A stretch of DNA of 63,278 bases, counting the filler, from Octopus bimaculoides (taxonomy: Eukaryota): the NCBI RefSeq assembly GCF_001194135.2. It is 5 parts of 5 records of this genome, joined end to end, with 100 filler letters (N's around TTAATTAATTAA, not from the genome) between each part and the next. Parts side by side here need not be neighbours in the genome. Positions count along the whole stretch, not along the records: positions 61,499 to 63,278 come from NC_068988.1; 4 more parts are not named here. The stretch is one strand, 5' to 3'. The notes under the pieces were generated by a model. It was given only the letters and a program-made list of their open reading frames with translations. It was not told the DNA's origin and ran no database searches. Made by a program: the position numbers and the translations under genes. Position 1 is the first letter of the stretch, and each line of letters starts with the position of its first letter. Below are positions 63,224 through 63,278 of this stretch, one piece after another.

Positions 63224-63278
63224 TATATACTTTTATAAAACAAAATTTTACAAAATATATAGTATCTGTTAACAGTCT

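Noticed and set aside
2284-63243. ORFs rich in CVCV, HTHT, IYIY, poly-N/D/I/M
   Set aside because: Translations of di- and trinucleotide microsatellites, with no splice or homology support.

Overview
AT-rich animal genomic DNA packed with microsatellites and SINEs. The repeat repertoire suggests a coleoid cephalopod, probably Octopus; this is an inference, not a database match. The window is a patchwork: four exact 44N-TTAATTAATTAA-44N linkers (29923-30022, 42511-42610, 55103-55202, 61399-61498) join five independently assembled pieces, so long-range order and orientation are uncertain. Two genes can be supported. (1) Four plus-strand exons (30326-30441, 31891-32098, 35616-35761, 42236-42298) splice in frame into the C-terminal part of an alpha-arrestin of the ARRDC2/3/4/TXNIP clade, with three PPxY motifs and the typical PPxYSEIDPNP tail; its 5' exons were not found. 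(2) Two minus-strand exons (46348-46429, 43836-44444) encode a low-complexity N-terminal region resembling WDR44; no WD40 exons were found. The rest is intron-like or intergenic DNA with several tRNA-derived SINE families, Tc1/mariner, hAT and piggyBac-type MITEs, a DD37D (maT) transposase remnant, RTE LINE remnants and several fold-back elements. The most intriguing observations are a ~180-bp palindrome whose arms each carry a decayed minimal type-I hammerhead-ribozyme-like motif (Penelope-like, 53594-53770), the tail-to-tail or possibly nested ARRDC/WDR44-like arrangement, and a homotypic CATTGTCA motif cluster (21063-21320). I found no unambiguous new biological system.
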